NCBI GenBank assembly: GCA_964362665.1
Contig: CAYIFB010000003.1
Location: 27,836 to 88,384 of the forward strand
Length of the DNA stretch: 60,549 nt
Source: an uncultured Gammaproteobacteria bacterium
Lineage (GTDB): Bacteria; Patescibacteriota; Microgenomatia; 2-02-FULL-39-11
Direction: 5' to 3'
Shown one piece after another: positions 1 through 9,197 of this stretch (its first letter is position 1; every line of letters begins with the position of its first letter). The notes beneath the pieces are model-generated. The model was not told where the DNA came from. It did no database searches and was given only the letters and a program-made list of their open reading frames with translations. A program made the position numbers and the translations under genes.

Positions 1-1464
1 AAAATAGTTATAGAAAAAACAGGCGAGGAAAATGTTTTGTACGATTTGATTAAAAAGAAATATTACCGCCGTGTTGAAAAGAGCTCGCTGGCCAAGGCCA
101 ATAAATCTGATGACAGTGAAGATCTCTCTCTAATTTCCGCGGATATCCAAAAAGATCTTGACGAGAAATACGATAAAAATGCCATCGAAAAAGTTCTGGA
201 TACTCTCTTTGAAGAAAAAATCCGGGAAGATATTTTGAAAAATAAAATCCGCCATGATAAAAGAGCGGTAGATGAAATCAGACCAATTAGCGCTGAAGTA
301 GGCATACTTCCCCGCACCCACGGATCGGCGATATTCAAAAGAGGAGAAACCCAAGTTTTGACAATTGCCACGCTCGGCTCACCTTCTCTGGAACAGTTGA
401 TTGAAAGTCCTGAAGGTGAAACGTCCAAAAGATATATGCACCACTATTCCATGCCGCCTTACTCTGTCGGTGAAACAGGCAGAATTGGTACACCAAGCAG
501 GCGTGAGGTAGGACACGGAGCATTAGCTGAACGGGCGCTTTTACCAGTTATACCTTCCCAAGAAAGTTTTCCTTATACAATTCGCCTTGTTTCAGAAATC
601 ATGTCCTCAAATGGTTCAACGTCAATGGCATCGACCTGTGGCTCAACTCTGGCTTTGATGGATGCGGGCGTTCCTATCAAAAGTCCGGTGGCCGGAATAT
701 CCATAGGACTTGTTTCAGAATCAGACAAAAAATATATCCTTTTGACGGATATTGCCGGAATTGAGGATTTCAGCGGTGAAATGGATTTCAAGGTAGCTGG
801 AACTGCAAAAGGCGTGACTGCAATTCAGTTGGATGTCAAAAATCACGGTTTATCCGACGAAATAATTGAAGAAACCTTTGAAAGAGCCAATAAGGCAAGA
901 TTGATTATTTTGGATAAAATGAGTCAAACTCTTAAAACTCCAAGAAATAACCTTTCCCAATATGCACCCAGAGTAAGCATTATCAAGGTGCCGCAGGAAA
1001 AAATAGGAGAAGTAATAGGCCCAGGAGGAAAAGTGATCCGCCATATCATTGCCGAAACCGGTTGTGAAGTAAATGTAGATGATGACGGTAATGTGACTAT
1101 CACCGGAACAGATCCTGCTAAAGTGGAAATGGCACACCGTTGGATTTCAGGCATTATCAAAGACGTCCAACCCGAAGAGATATATGAGGGAATTGTCAAA
1201 AGAATTCTTCCCTTTGGCGCGTTTGTGGAAATTCTTCCCGGTAAAGAAGGCATGGTGCATGTGTCGCAAATGTCAACGGAATTTATTTCCGATCCCAATA
1301 CAATAGTCAAAATCGATCAAAGAGTTAAAGTTAGAGTGCTTGAGATTGATAATATGGGAAGAATTAACCTCTCAATGCTCTTTGGTGAAGATGCTAAAAA
1401 AAAGCCTGTCAATAAACCGGAAAGAAGAGAAGGAAGATTTGACAGACCCCGTCGGAGATATTAA
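1..1464 (+). CDS. pnp: Polyribonucleotide nucleotidyltransferase (PNPase), C-terminal part; 5' end lies upstream of the window
   Basis: Frame 1 is open from nt 1, so the tracked TTG at 37 is internal. Second RNase-PH core (GSTSMASTCGSTLALMDAGVP, IAGIEDFSGEMDFKVAGT), KH (IGEVIGPGGKVIRHI) and S1 (GIVKRILPFGAFVEILPGKEGMVHVSQ) motifs, basic tail. Confidence 0.92.
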   Translation, partial: KIVIEKTGEENVLYDLIKKKYYRRVEKSSLAKANKSDDSEDLSLISADIQKDLDEKYDKNAIEKVLDTLFEEKIREDILKNKIRHDKRAVDEIRPISAEVGILPRTHGSAIFKRGETQVLTIATLGSPSLEQLIESPEGETSKRYMHHYSMPPYSVGETGRIGTPSRREVGHGALAERALLPVIPSQESFPYTIRLVSEIMSSNGSTSMASTCGSTLALMDAGVPIKSPVAGISIGLVSESDKKYILLTDIAGIEDFSGEMDFKVAGTAKGVTAIQLDVKNHGLSDEIIEETFERANKARLIILDKMSQTLKTPRNNLSQYAPRVSIIKVPQEKIGEVIGPGGKVIRHIIAETGCEVNVDDDGNVTITGTDPAKVEMAHRWISGIIKDVQPEEIYEGIVKRILPFGAFVEILPGKEGMVHVSQMSTEFISDPNTIVKIDQRVKVRVLEIDNMGRINLSMLFGEDAKKKPVNKPERREGRFDRPRRRY

Positions 1465-1509
1465 ATAGATTTAACTTGTGAAACAACTAATTATTTGTAT
1501 TTGCTGTTT

Positions 1510-1573
1510 ACCTCTCTAAGAAGAGGTTAACTGGTATTGTCATGAAAGTTAACCTCCACAGGGAGGTTTTTTT
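1510..1573 (+). promoter_or_regulatory. Leader with three mutually exclusive hairpins (attenuator-like) between pnp and the Cys/Met PLP-enzyme gene
   Basis: Four complementary segments: ACCTCT 1510-1515, AGAGGTTAAC 1522-1531, GTTAACCTCC 1548-1557, GGAGGT 1562-1567. They pair 1:2 (6 bp), 2:3 (9 bp perfect, GAGGTTAAC/GTTAACCTC) or 3:4 (6 bp, 4-nt loop). Segment 4 is the Shine-Dalgarno of the ATG at 1574 and is followed by T7. Confidence 0.45.
1552..1573 (+). terminator. Intrinsic terminator candidate downstream of pnp
   Basis: ACCTCC-acag-GGAGGT stem-loop followed directly by TTTTTTT (1567-1573). Confidence 0.55.
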
Positions 1574-2728
1574 ATGAAATTTTCAACAAAAGCCATACAT
1601 ATCGGTAATGAACCCAATCTTAAACCTGGCGGCAGTGGAGATGTTGTCGTGCCAATTCACCTCTCAACTACTTTTGCCAGAAAAAAAGTAGACCAGCCGA
1701 CGCAGGGCCTTGAATATTCCAGATCAGGCAATCCAACCCGCTTTGCTCTGGAGAAAAATCTTGCAGCTCTGGAAAACGGCAAATACGGCTTTGCTTTTTC
1801 CTCTGGACTGGCAGCGATTTCCAACATTCTTCTTCTCCTGCAAAAAGGCGACCATGTGGTGTCAATCGACGATGTTTACGGAGGAACCAGAAGGCTTTTT
1901 TGTCAGGTTTTTGCACAGTTTGGAATAGAATTTACTTTTGCCGACTTTTCAGACAGCGCCAATTTAAGCAAATACCTGCAGTCTAATACTAAAATCATCT
2001 GGATAGAGTCACCAACCAATCCGCTATTAAAAATTATCGACATTGACTCAGTGTGTAAACTGGCAAGAATAAAGAAAATATTGACGGTGGTTGACAATAC
2101 TTTTGCCTCGCCTGTCTTTCAACAACCTCTTGATTTGGGCGCTGATATTGTCATCCACTCCATGACAAAATATATCGGAGGACACTCTGACGCGATTGCC
2201 GGAAGTGTCATAGTAAATGATGATCATCTGGCCGAAAGGATAAAATTCCTGCAAAATGCAGTTGGTGCAATTCTTTCTCCCTTTGACAGCTTTCAAGTAT
2301 TAAAAGGCATTAAAACTTTGCCTCTGCGCATGCAAACTCATGAAAAAAATGCCAAAAAAGTCGTCGGGTTTTTATCCCGCCACCCAAGGATCAAAAAAAT
2401 ATATTATCCGGGGCTTGTTAGCCATCCCGGCCATAAAATCGCCGGAAAACAAATGTCAGGTTTTGGCGGGATGGTCTCTTTTGAACTTCAAGGAAACCTT
2501 GAACTAGCTGTCAAATTTTTAGAGTCACTCAAAATTATCTCTATTGCTGAAAGTCTAGGTGTGGTGGAATCTTTGATAGAGCACCCAGCATCCATGACCC
2601 ACAGCTCAGTTCCCAAAAAAGACCGGGAAAAAATAGGGCTCAGTGACAGCCTAATCAGACTGTCAGTTGGAATTGAAGACGTTGAAGATATAATTGGTGA
2701 TTTGGATCAGGGTTTAAGAAGAGTGTAA
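1574..2728 (+). CDS. Cys/Met-metabolism PLP-dependent enzyme (cystathionine gamma-synthase / beta- or gamma-lyase family)
   Basis: 384 aa. PLP-lysine motif HSMTKYIGGHSD, family-typical SRSGNPT, ESLGVVESLIEHPASMTH and RLSVGIEDVEDI. GGAGG lies 7 nt upstream of the ATG. Confidence 0.88.
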   Translation: MKFSTKAIHIGNEPNLKPGGSGDVVVPIHLSTTFARKKVDQPTQGLEYSRSGNPTRFALEKNLAALENGKYGFAFSSGLAAISNILLLLQKGDHVVSIDDVYGGTRRLFCQVFAQFGIEFTFADFSDSANLSKYLQSNTKIIWIESPTNPLLKIIDIDSVCKLARIKKILTVVDNTFASPVFQQPLDLGADIVIHSMTKYIGGHSDAIAGSVIVNDDHLAERIKFLQNAVGAILSPFDSFQVLKGIKTLPLRMQTHEKNAKKVVGFLSRHPRIKKIYYPGLVSHPGHKIAGKQMSGFGGMVSFELQGNLELAVKFLESLKIISIAESLGVVESLIEHPASMTHSSVPKKDREKIGLSDSLIRLSVGIEDVEDIIGDLDQGLRRV

Positions 2729-2732
2729 ATAT

Positions 2733-4040
2733 TTAATCCGCAAAGACGTTTAACTTATATTTTTTAAGAAACTCCCTTTTTGATTTCAAGTCCTCAACAT
2801 TGTGATAAAGTCTGCCCAGCAGTTCATCATTATTCTCGTAAATTAATGCCTGTCGTGCGGGGGCTAAATTATGATACTGCTTGGAAAAATTATGGATCCG
2901 TAAGACGGAGTTTATTATTAACCCTAAAATCAATATTAAATATGACATCCTGGCAATGCTTCCCGTCTTTTTTTTCTGCCGATGCTTCATTAAATTACCC
3001 TCTTTAATAATGAACAGGATTGCCAATAACGACAGCCAGAAGAGATTGGAAAATGATATATATCTGGAGCTGATGGCCTGGAGGAGTCCCAATCTGTATC
3101 GGCCAATTCCTGTCAAGAAAGCACTGCCCAAGGAATAACCACTTAAGGCAATAATCGGCAGAAATAACTTTTGTTTATGGGAAAATATTTTTCTTGAAAT
3201 CCAGATGAGATATAAAAATAATATTACTCCGGTAAGTCCGGCCATGAAGGCGGCAACTGCGTTCATGCTGACAAGTGGTGCACCGATAAAAGCAAGTGTG
3301 TAAAATACCAGCAATATTATATTTTGCACTGAAAAATCCTCTTTCATCGTTGCGGGGCTTGATGATAGATGAGTATAGAGAATAAAAATACCGATTGAAA
3401 AAACTGACCAAAATATCAGGATATTTTTTTTATTATTTTGCTTTTTAAAATTAAGAAGAAATAATCCGATAATCCAGTAAATTAATCCGTTGGCAAAAGA
3501 AAACGTAGCGACAATACCTAAAAAAATACTAATAAGTAAATTACCCGACTTTATTTTTCGAAGACTTAATATTTTAAGTCCTGAAATTACTGCCAAGAGA
3601 TTTAAAAAAATCTGTACCTGCCAGCCCCACAGCCAATTTTCCCACTGAGTCAGGGAAAATACTACCAGAGAAATCACTGGATAAAATAGCAGGTAATTTT
3701 TTATCTTAAATGCAGAAAAAATCGTTTTAAATAGATAAGTTAAACTGATAAAAATTCCGGTAGCTATAATAAGATTTACGATTAATTCCGGTAGAATCCT
3801 ATAGCCTGTCAGATGGGCCAAACCAAGCAATATAAGACGCGGAAAAAACGGTCTATGCTCGTTGTGATAAGAGAGGAGATCAGAAAAATTTATATTACTA
3901 AGATAGGATTTTTGTAATAACCCTATGAAATCCCATTCATCCCAAAAAGGTACCCCGACATAATATTTAAAGATTAATATTGAGAGAATAATTAGGGGAA
4001 GAAAAGTTATAGTCAATAATAATACATGTTTTAATTTCAT
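2733..4040 (-). CDS. Polytopic integral membrane protein, possible GT-C-fold glycosyltransferase
   Basis: 435 aa, almost entirely hydrophobic helices. The first extracytoplasmic loop carries the acidic motif FWDEWDF, as in GT-C enzymes. The functional call is weak. Confidence 0.5.
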   Translation of the reverse strand: MKLKHVLLLTITFLPLIILSILIFKYYVGVPFWDEWDFIGLLQKSYLSNINFSDLLSYHNEHRPFFPRLILLGLAHLTGYRILPELIVNLIIATGIFISLTYLFKTIFSAFKIKNYLLFYPVISLVVFSLTQWENWLWGWQVQIFLNLLAVISGLKILSLRKIKSGNLLISIFLGIVATFSFANGLIYWIIGLFLLNFKKQNNKKNILIFWSVFSIGIFILYTHLSSSPATMKEDFSVQNIILLVFYTLAFIGAPLVSMNAVAAFMAGLTGVILFLYLIWISRKIFSHKQKLFLPIIALSGYSLGSAFLTGIGRYRLGLLQAISSRYISFSNLFWLSLLAILFIIKEGNLMKHRQKKKTGSIARMSYLILILGLIINSVLRIHNFSKQYHNLAPARQALIYENNDELLGRLYHNVEDLKSKREFLKKYKLNVFAD

Positions 4041-4071
4041 AAAAATTGTATATACAAGCCTATGTAAGTAC

Positions 4072-4080
4072 TGATATAAT
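4072..4080 (+). promoter_or_regulatory. Extended -10 promoter element TGaTATAAT for the Lon-like gene
   Basis: TGATATAAT lies 10 nt upstream of the ATG at 4091. No SD in between. Confidence 0.45.
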
Positions 4081-4090
4081 TTTAGACATC

Positions 4091-5167
4091 ATGAATAATA
4101 CTGCCCAGCCTCATGAACTTATAGAACTGACTAAACTTCAGGCAAAACTGACAAGTGCTTCTCTACCTGACGATCTGCGCGATAAAGCTACAGCGATGAT
4201 TGTGCAGGCTTCGCTCAGTTTTAAGTATAACGGTCAGCTGTCTGGTTTTGAACAGGCAGCCAAATATATCGACTGGATCACCAACATCCCATGGACAAAA
4301 AGAAGCAATGATCTTTTGGATATCGTGCAGGCAAAACAGGTATTGGACAAATATCATCATGGCTTAGAGCAAATCAAAGACAGAATTTTGGAATATTTAT
4401 CTGTCATGAAACTCAATTTGAAGCAAACAAATCAGAATCAAAACGTTCATAATTTCATGCGGGCTCCTATTCTTTTTTTTGTCGGACTGGTTGGCACTGG
4501 AAAGACGACAATCGCCGCTTCGATTGCCCAAGCTATGCAAAGAACCTTTGTCAGAATCCCATTTGGAGGAATGGGTTCTGCGCTTGATTTAAGAGGACAA
4601 TCCAGAATTCATCCTGATGCAGAAGTTGGCCAGTTAATTAAAGCCCTGAAACGAGCCGGAACCAAAAATCCTGTCATTCTGCTTGATGAAATAGACCGGG
4701 TAGCTGAGCATGCCAGATCAGATATTATGGGAGTTCTTATTGAAATCCTTGATCCTGAACAGAATGTGGCTTTTGTCGATCATTTCATCGATTACCCGTT
4801 TGATCTTTCGGAGGTGCTGTTTATTGCCACGGCAAACAATACGACTAATGTTTCAACAGCAGTCATGGACAGACTGGAACCAATTCAAATGCCATCCTAT
4901 AACGATGAGGAAAAAATTGTCATTGGAAAATCTTATGTTTTTCCTAAAGTCATCGTCAATTCCGGATTAAACAGTTCAGAGCTGCAGATAGATGATGATG
5001 TCTGGCCTTTAATTGTCAGACCTTTAGGATTTGATTCAGGCATCCGGACTCTGGAACGGACTATAAACGGCATCTGCCGGAAAGTTGCCCGGATGATTGT
5101 GGAAAATAAAGGCAACAGCTTCCACATAACCAGCGAAAATATCAAACAATTCTTACCAAAATGGTAA
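4091..5167 (+). CDS. Lon-like AAA+ ATPase lacking the Lon protease domain
   Basis: Walker A GLVGTGKTT, Walker B ILLDEIDR, Lon-type flanks (YIDWITNIPW, HHGLEQIKDRILEYL, GIRTLERTINGICRKVA). Start moved from 4046 to ATG 4091 because the -10 element lies inside the longer ORF. The ORF ends where the Ser-Lys protease domain of Lon would begin. Confidence 0.75.
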   Translation: MNNTAQPHELIELTKLQAKLTSASLPDDLRDKATAMIVQASLSFKYNGQLSGFEQAAKYIDWITNIPWTKRSNDLLDIVQAKQVLDKYHHGLEQIKDRILEYLSVMKLNLKQTNQNQNVHNFMRAPILFFVGLVGTGKTTIAASIAQAMQRTFVRIPFGGMGSALDLRGQSRIHPDAEVGQLIKALKRAGTKNPVILLDEIDRVAEHARSDIMGVLIEILDPEQNVAFVDHFIDYPFDLSEVLFIATANNTTNVSTAVMDRLEPIQMPSYNDEEKIVIGKSYVFPKVIVNSGLNSSELQIDDDVWPLIVRPLGFDSGIRTLERTINGICRKVARMIVENKGNSFHITSENIKQFLPKW

Positions 5168-5255
5168 ATCGTGATATACTTCTTTTACATTAGAATTTGG
5201 AATCAGTATAAACCCATCTAGATCGAGTAAAATGGGTATACAATAAAATAAATTA

Positions 5256-6950
5256 ATGCAAACTAGCTCTCCTATCACCTCACAAGAATCAGTTCGAATA
5301 ATACCGCTCGGCGGGGTTGGGGATGTTACCAAAAATATGTATATCTACGAATATCATACCTCGCCTGGTATCATCTCCGATATTCTGATAGTTGATTGTG
5401 GAATTGGATTTCCCGAGGAAAATATGTACGGAATTGATATTGTGATTCCTGATATTTCTTACCTTCGCGATAAAAAAGAAAAAATAAGAGGAATTGTTTT
5501 GACTCACGGCCATGATGACCATATTGCGGCGCTTCCATATCTATTGCCGGAACTGAAAGTTCCTGTTTACGGCTCAAAACTTACCGCTGCTTTAGCTGAA
5601 GTAAAACTTGAGGAATTGGGTCTGCATAATCAGGTTCAAACAATCAACACGGATAATATTTTGAAAATCGGGCCGTTTAATATTGAATTTATCCATGTCA
5701 CCCATTCCATTCCGGACGCCTGCAACTTAATTATCAAGACTCCGGTTGGTACTTTTTACCATGGCAGTGATTATAAATTTGACTGGACACCCCTTGATGG
5801 CAAAATCACGGAAGTGGGTAAAATCGCCCAGGCTTCAAAAGAAGGGATTTTATGTTTGCTGTCAGATTGCGTCAGGGTGGAATCTCCGGGGTATACCCTC
5901 TCCGAACAGGTTATTGAAGACACTCTCGAAAAAGAAATCAGAAATTGTCCGGGTAAATTTATTTTTACTACCCAGTCGTCAAATATTTCACGCATTCAAC
6001 TGGCAGTCAATGTGGCTATAAAACATAACAGAAAAGTCGCCTTTCTGGGCCGCTCCATTGATAAAAATGTCACGGTTGCGCGTAAACTTAATTACATCAA
6101 CTTTCCCGATATCAATGTCGTGCCCGAAAAAGATCTTTATAAATATCAGGATCGGGAACTGGCTTTAATCGTCACGGGCAGCCAGGCACAACCTCACTCC
6201 GCACTGTCCCGAATCGCCGAAGGACTCCATAAATATGTCAAAATTAAAAAGGACGACGTGGTGGTTTTCTCAGCTGACCCGATTCCGGGCTATGAAAACG
6301 CGGTGCACGGACTTATTGATGCTCTGACTGCTAAAGGATCCCGTGTATCGTATTCTGACATTGTCGACGAACTCCACGTCTCAGGACACGGAGCTGTCAA
6401 TGACCTCTCGTTAATGCTTGGATTAACCTCGCCGCAATTCATCATTCCGATTGGGGGAACTATCAGACAAATGCAACACTACTCCCGTCTGGCACAGAGT
6501 ATGGGTTATCTCGAAAACCAGGTAATTCTTCCGGCTGACGGAAGTATTATTGAATTCACTCCGAATCACTTTAAACTGGCCGGCAAGATTGACCTTAAAA
6601 ACATCATGATCGACGGGCTGGGGGTCGGTGATATCGGAAATGTGGTTTTAAGAGACCGCCAGACTATGGCCAGCGACGGAATTGTGATCGTTGTTGTGCC
6701 GGTAGACCAAAACAACGGCAAAGTCACCGCAGAACCTGATATTATTTCGCGGGGGTTTGTTTATATGAAAGATTCCGGCGAGCTAATTGGCAAGGCGAAA
6801 AAAATAATCTTACAAGTCATGACACTTAACCAGGGTAGAATCGCCGACTGGCAATTTTTCAGAAGACGGGTCGAAGAAAAACTGGCCAATTTTCTCTATA
6901 AGGAAACCCATCGCCGGCCTCTTATTATTGCCGTACTTATTAAAGTATAA
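5256..6950 (+). CDS. rnj: Ribonuclease J (metallo-beta-lactamase / beta-CASP RNase)
   Basis: 564 aa. HxHxDH motif VLTHGHDDHIAALPY, RNase J-typical N-terminus IIPLGGVGDVTKNMY and C-terminal domain. Confidence 0.9.
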   Translation: MQTSSPITSQESVRIIPLGGVGDVTKNMYIYEYHTSPGIISDILIVDCGIGFPEENMYGIDIVIPDISYLRDKKEKIRGIVLTHGHDDHIAALPYLLPELKVPVYGSKLTAALAEVKLEELGLHNQVQTINTDNILKIGPFNIEFIHVTHSIPDACNLIIKTPVGTFYHGSDYKFDWTPLDGKITEVGKIAQASKEGILCLLSDCVRVESPGYTLSEQVIEDTLEKEIRNCPGKFIFTTQSSNISRIQLAVNVAIKHNRKVAFLGRSIDKNVTVARKLNYINFPDINVVPEKDLYKYQDRELALIVTGSQAQPHSALSRIAEGLHKYVKIKKDDVVVFSADPIPGYENAVHGLIDALTAKGSRVSYSDIVDELHVSGHGAVNDLSLMLGLTSPQFIIPIGGTIRQMQHYSRLAQSMGYLENQVILPADGSIIEFTPNHFKLAGKIDLKNIMIDGLGVGDIGNVVLRDRQTMASDGIVIVVVPVDQNNGKVTAEPDIISRGFVYMKDSGELIGKAKKIILQVMTLNQGRIADWQFFRRRVEEKLANFLYKETHRRPLIIAVLIKV

Positions 6951-6952
6951 AT

Positions 6953-7441
6953 TTAAATAACCAACTCCAGAAAAGTATATTCCAGATCCCCGCTTTTACC
7001 TTCCTTTTTATAAATTACTTTTTTAAATCTTGAATAATCGGGGAAATATGTGTCGCCTGTAAAGTCTTTTTTAATGACAGTTAAATATAATTTATCGGCA
7101 AGTATTATCGCCTGTTTGTAAATCTGACCTCCGCCGATAATAAATATTTTTTTACCCTTTGCCGATTTTATTGCCTCTTCCAGTGAATATACAATTAAAC
7201 ATCCTTCTACTGTGTAATTTTGGTCGTGAGTAATTATAATATTAGTTCGATCAGGTAATGGTTTTCCGATCGACTCAAAAGTTTTTCTCCCCATGATGAC
7301 AGGATGACCAGTGGTGATCTTTTTGAAACGGGCAAAATCTTCCGGAATATGCCAGAGCAGTTTGTTTTTATTGCCCAAAACCAAATTTTGGGAGATGGCG
7401 GCAATTATACTGACGGTCGGTTTAGATGTCTGATAATCCAT
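6953..7441 (-). CDS. folA: Dihydrofolate reductase
   Basis: 162 aa. LLWHIPEDFARFKKITTGHPVIMGRKTFESIG and IIGGGQIY motifs. Starts 3 nt after the thyA stop. Confidence 0.9.
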   Translation of the reverse strand: MDYQTSKPTVSIIAAISQNLVLGNKNKLLWHIPEDFARFKKITTGHPVIMGRKTFESIGKPLPDRTNIIITHDQNYTVEGCLIVYSLEEAIKSAKGKKIFIIGGGQIYKQAIILADKLYLTVIKKDFTGDTYFPDYSRFKKVIYKKEGKSGDLEYTFLELVI

Positions 7442-7444
7442 TAT

Positions 7445-8392
7445 TCAAAACCCTCCCACTACCGTAATTTCGCCTTTTATAGGGGGATAGGGATCGTAAC
7501 CTTCAACAGTAAAATCCTCAAATTTAAAGTCGTCGATTTTTTTCACGCTCGGATTAAGTTTTATGGCAGGAAATGGCTTTGGCGTCCGGCTCAACTGTTC
7601 CTTTACCTGCTCAAAATGATTTTCATAAATATGGGCATCACCAAAAGTGTGGATAAAGTCGCCTGGTTTGTAACCAGTTACCTGAGCCAGCATTAAAGTC
7701 AAAAGAGCGTAACTGGCAATGTTAAATGGAACTCCTAAAAACATGTCAGCGCTTCTTTGGTAGAGAAGAAGCGACAGTTTATCTCCGGTAATATTAATGT
7801 GAAAAAGCGTATGACAAGGCGCAATTACCATCGAAGCCGCATGACTGCCGGACATCTCGTAAATACAGCCGGCATTCCAGGCGGAAATGATGTAATGTTT
7901 TTTCTGGGGATATTTTTTGATTTTTTCAATCGCCCAACCCAGCTGGTCGACAGTTTTTCCGCCGCCTTTAGGCCAGTTTCTCCATTGCACGCCGTAAACC
8001 GGTCCGAGTTCTCCCCATTCTTTGAGAAACTTCTTGTCGGTTTGGATACAACTTATAAAATCTTCGTAATTTAATTTTTTAGCTTTTTTGGCCTCAACCG
8101 CCCACAGATATTTCTTATATGCCCACTCGTCCCAGATATGGACGTTATTGTCAATTAAATATTTAATATTAGAGCTTCCTGATAAAAACCAGATCAGCTC
8201 ATGGATTATTCCCCGCACAAAAACTTTTTTAGTAGTCAGAAGCGGAAAACCACGGGAGAGATCAAAGCGGATTTGTCTGCCGAAAACGCTTTTCAGTTTG
8301 ACTCCTGTCGAATGGCTTATTTTCCAACTGCCGTTTTCCACAATGTCCGCAAGCAAATCAAGATACTGGTATTCCGGATGTTTTGTTTGCAT
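7445..8392 (-). CDS. thyA: Thymidylate synthase (ThyA type)
   Basis: 315 aa. Catalytic Cys in IAPCHTLFH, RSADMFLGVPFNIASYALL, DFIHTFGDAHIY. AAGGAG SD 8 nt upstream. Confidence 0.95.
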   Translation of the reverse strand: MQTKHPEYQYLDLLADIVENGSWKISHSTGVKLKSVFGRQIRFDLSRGFPLLTTKKVFVRGIIHELIWFLSGSSNIKYLIDNNVHIWDEWAYKKYLWAVEAKKAKKLNYEDFISCIQTDKKFLKEWGELGPVYGVQWRNWPKGGGKTVDQLGWAIEKIKKYPQKKHYIISAWNAGCIYEMSGSHAASMVIAPCHTLFHINITGDKLSLLLYQRSADMFLGVPFNIASYALLTLMLAQVTGYKPGDFIHTFGDAHIYENHFEQVKEQLSRTPKPFPAIKLNPSVKKIDDFKFEDFTVEGYDPYPPIKGEITVVGGF

Positions 8393-8409
8393 ATTATTTT
8401 CTCCTTAAA

Positions 8410-9197
8410 TTATGAAAATCTGGTAATCGTACCATCTTTTCTAACCTTATTAAATGTTGCTAAAAATAAACTTATAAAAATCAGCAAATAAATTAAATTC
8501 AGGATAAATGCCACCCCTAATTGCCCTAAATTAACCGGCTGACCAATAAGATATGCCCGCATATTTTCAAAAATATAAGAAGTAGGTACAAAATGAGCAA
8601 TATTCTGTAAAAACTTCGGTAGTACATCCAAAGGAAAAAAACTGCAGAGACCGGCAGTAATATCGCGGGGGTGCTCCAGGCAACAATTTCTACACCCGGG
8701 CCAAATTTTAAAATTAAAGTTGCTGCAAAAATTCCCAAAGTGTATGAAAAAATCACGAGCAGCATGTAAGCAACAAAAAAATATCCCCCCAGTGCCAGCG
8801 CATTAACTGAAAATAACAAATTTGCAACTATAATAAGAATAACTGTTGAAAATAAGACTCTCAGTAACGCCACGATGAAACTAGCTATTAAAAATTCCGT
8901 CGGTTGCAGAGGACTTCCGTATAAATTTACCACATTCCTATCCCAAACATCATCTAAAAAGGAAACAGCGATATCACGGGCCAGTGAGTAAACTAGTGTC
9001 CAGAGAATCATGGCCGAAAGCAGGGTATTGGCAACACCACCTAAGACAACATGATTGCGATCAAGATATAAAGTCATAAAACCCCAGGAGATAATATCGA
9101 TTAACGGCCAATAAAAAGTATCGATAATTTTGCCCAAATCACGCCTTAATAAGGTGAAATATCGATAAACCAAAGCAAAAATTCTATTTTTATTCAT
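8410..9197 (-). pseudogene. ABC-2 type transporter permease, reading frame broken by a 1-nt shift in a homopolymer
   Basis: ORF 8526..9197 holds the N-terminal TM helices. ORF 8410..8631 holds the typical ABC-2 C-terminus (LPKFLQNIAHFVPTSY). The frames join at the coding-strand T7 run (plus-strand A7, 8635-8641). One extra T would read ...SAVFFPLDVLPKFLQNIAH... Confidence 0.75.

Noticed and set aside
1465-1573. SAM (S-box) riboswitch upstream of the Cys/Met gene.
   Set aside because: The leader is only 109 nt and lacks the four-way junction and conserved S-box core sequences as I remember them. I kept only the generic attenuator-like description.
4046-4090. Longer 5' extensions of tracked ORFs: 4046 for the Lon-like gene, 37705 for FemAB, 46646 for the antitoxin, 46881 for doc, 25995 for grpE and 37819 for the membrane protein.
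   Set aside because: The extensions use non-ATG or poorly placed starts. They overlap the promoter or the neighbouring gene, and they add residues with no family similarity. Internal ATGs with a promoter or SD in front fit better.
5212-5237. ACCCAT-14 nt-ATGGGT hairpin between the Lon-like gene and rnj, considered as a terminator.
   Set aside because: The stem is only 6 bp with a large loop and no following T run. It overlaps possible rnj promoter hexamers (TTTACA-17-TATAAA or TACAAT), and I could not decide between them.
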